Origin: Christensenellaceae bacterium
GTDB taxonomy: Bacteria; Bacillota; Clostridia; Christensenellales; Borkfalkiaceae
Assembly: GCA_045648085.1 (NCBI GenBank)
Contig: JAZRNF010000084.1
Coordinates: 489-64,488, forward strand
Direction: 5' to 3'
DNA length: 64,000 nucleotides
The position numbers and the translations under genes are program-made. Shown here piece after piece: positions 63,794 to 64,000 of this stretch. A model generated the notes under the pieces. The model saw nothing but the letters and a program-made list of their open reading frames with translations, ran no database searches and was not told the DNA's origin. How positions within the stretch are numbered: the stretch's first letter is position 1; the number at the start of each line of letters is the position of its first letter.

Positions 63794-64000
63794 ATCAAGT
63801 AAACGTCCTTTTTAGGTAAGTTTATTTTTTTACTATTACTATTATGGCTTATTTTTTATAAAAAATCAATAATTTTTAGTAATATTTTATAATTATTATA
63901 TAAAAGTAGACAAATGATACGGTAAAAACAGTCGTACAATAAACTGCTTGAAAATTTCAAGTGTAGAAAATTCAATGTAATTGTATAGTTTTTGACTATA

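Noticed and set aside
1-64000. Frequent CG-containing codons and many AACGTT/GACGTT hexamers despite a low overall GC content.
   Set aside because: Probably a codon-pair effect (Asn-Val, Asp-Val, Thr=ACG, Ala=GCG preference). I cannot count it reliably by eye, so I make no claim about methylation or restriction avoidance.

Overview
Low-GC chromosomal segment that looks like Bacillota, class Clostridia, from an endospore former (spoIVA, spoIIID, ylmC/ymxH and a ytaF-like gene are present). I count about 60 protein genes and one RNase P RNA.

Most of the window is housekeeping:
- tsaE-tsaB-rimI, murF-ddl, ychF, argS, mscL
- rlmH-tadA, prs, potABCD with a PuuR-like regulator
- an rluA-family gene, minDE, a DUF512 radical-SAM gene with der and plsY
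- spoIVA, an EF-G paralog, spoIIID
- a TAXI-TRAP transporter with a LysR regulator, serA-serC, and a type III glutamine synthetase

An accessory-looking block at about 11.5-27 kb carries two tandem Amidohydro_2 paralogs, AraC regulators, a DegT-type aminotransferase, an SGNH hydrolase, a Gfo/Idh/MocA oxidoreductase, a GH36-like glycosidase and a 2040-aa BspA-like LRR lipoprotein.

I saw no rRNA, tRNA, CRISPR array, transposase, integrase, prophage body or recognisable defence system, and I cannot point to a convincing new multi-gene system.

The observations I consider most worth following up:
1. An array of about 12 Cys/His-rich modules at the N-terminus of the giant lipoprotein, shared with a second small lipoprotein.
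2. A recurrent promoter geometry (-10 hexamer, 6 nt, ATG, no Shine-Dalgarno) at four genes, suggesting leaderless mRNAs.
3. A MurF whose N-terminal domain is replaced by a polytopic membrane domain.
4. An EF-G-like protein with degenerate GTPase motifs, apparently co-transcribed with a PfkB kinase.
5. An alpha/beta hydrolase that has no canonical start codon (probable ATT start).
6. Elaborated PotA and PotD proteins.

Several ORF-track starts are over-extended; I corrected them using Shine-Dalgarno (SD) positions. All functional calls come from motif recognition by eye, not from database searches.
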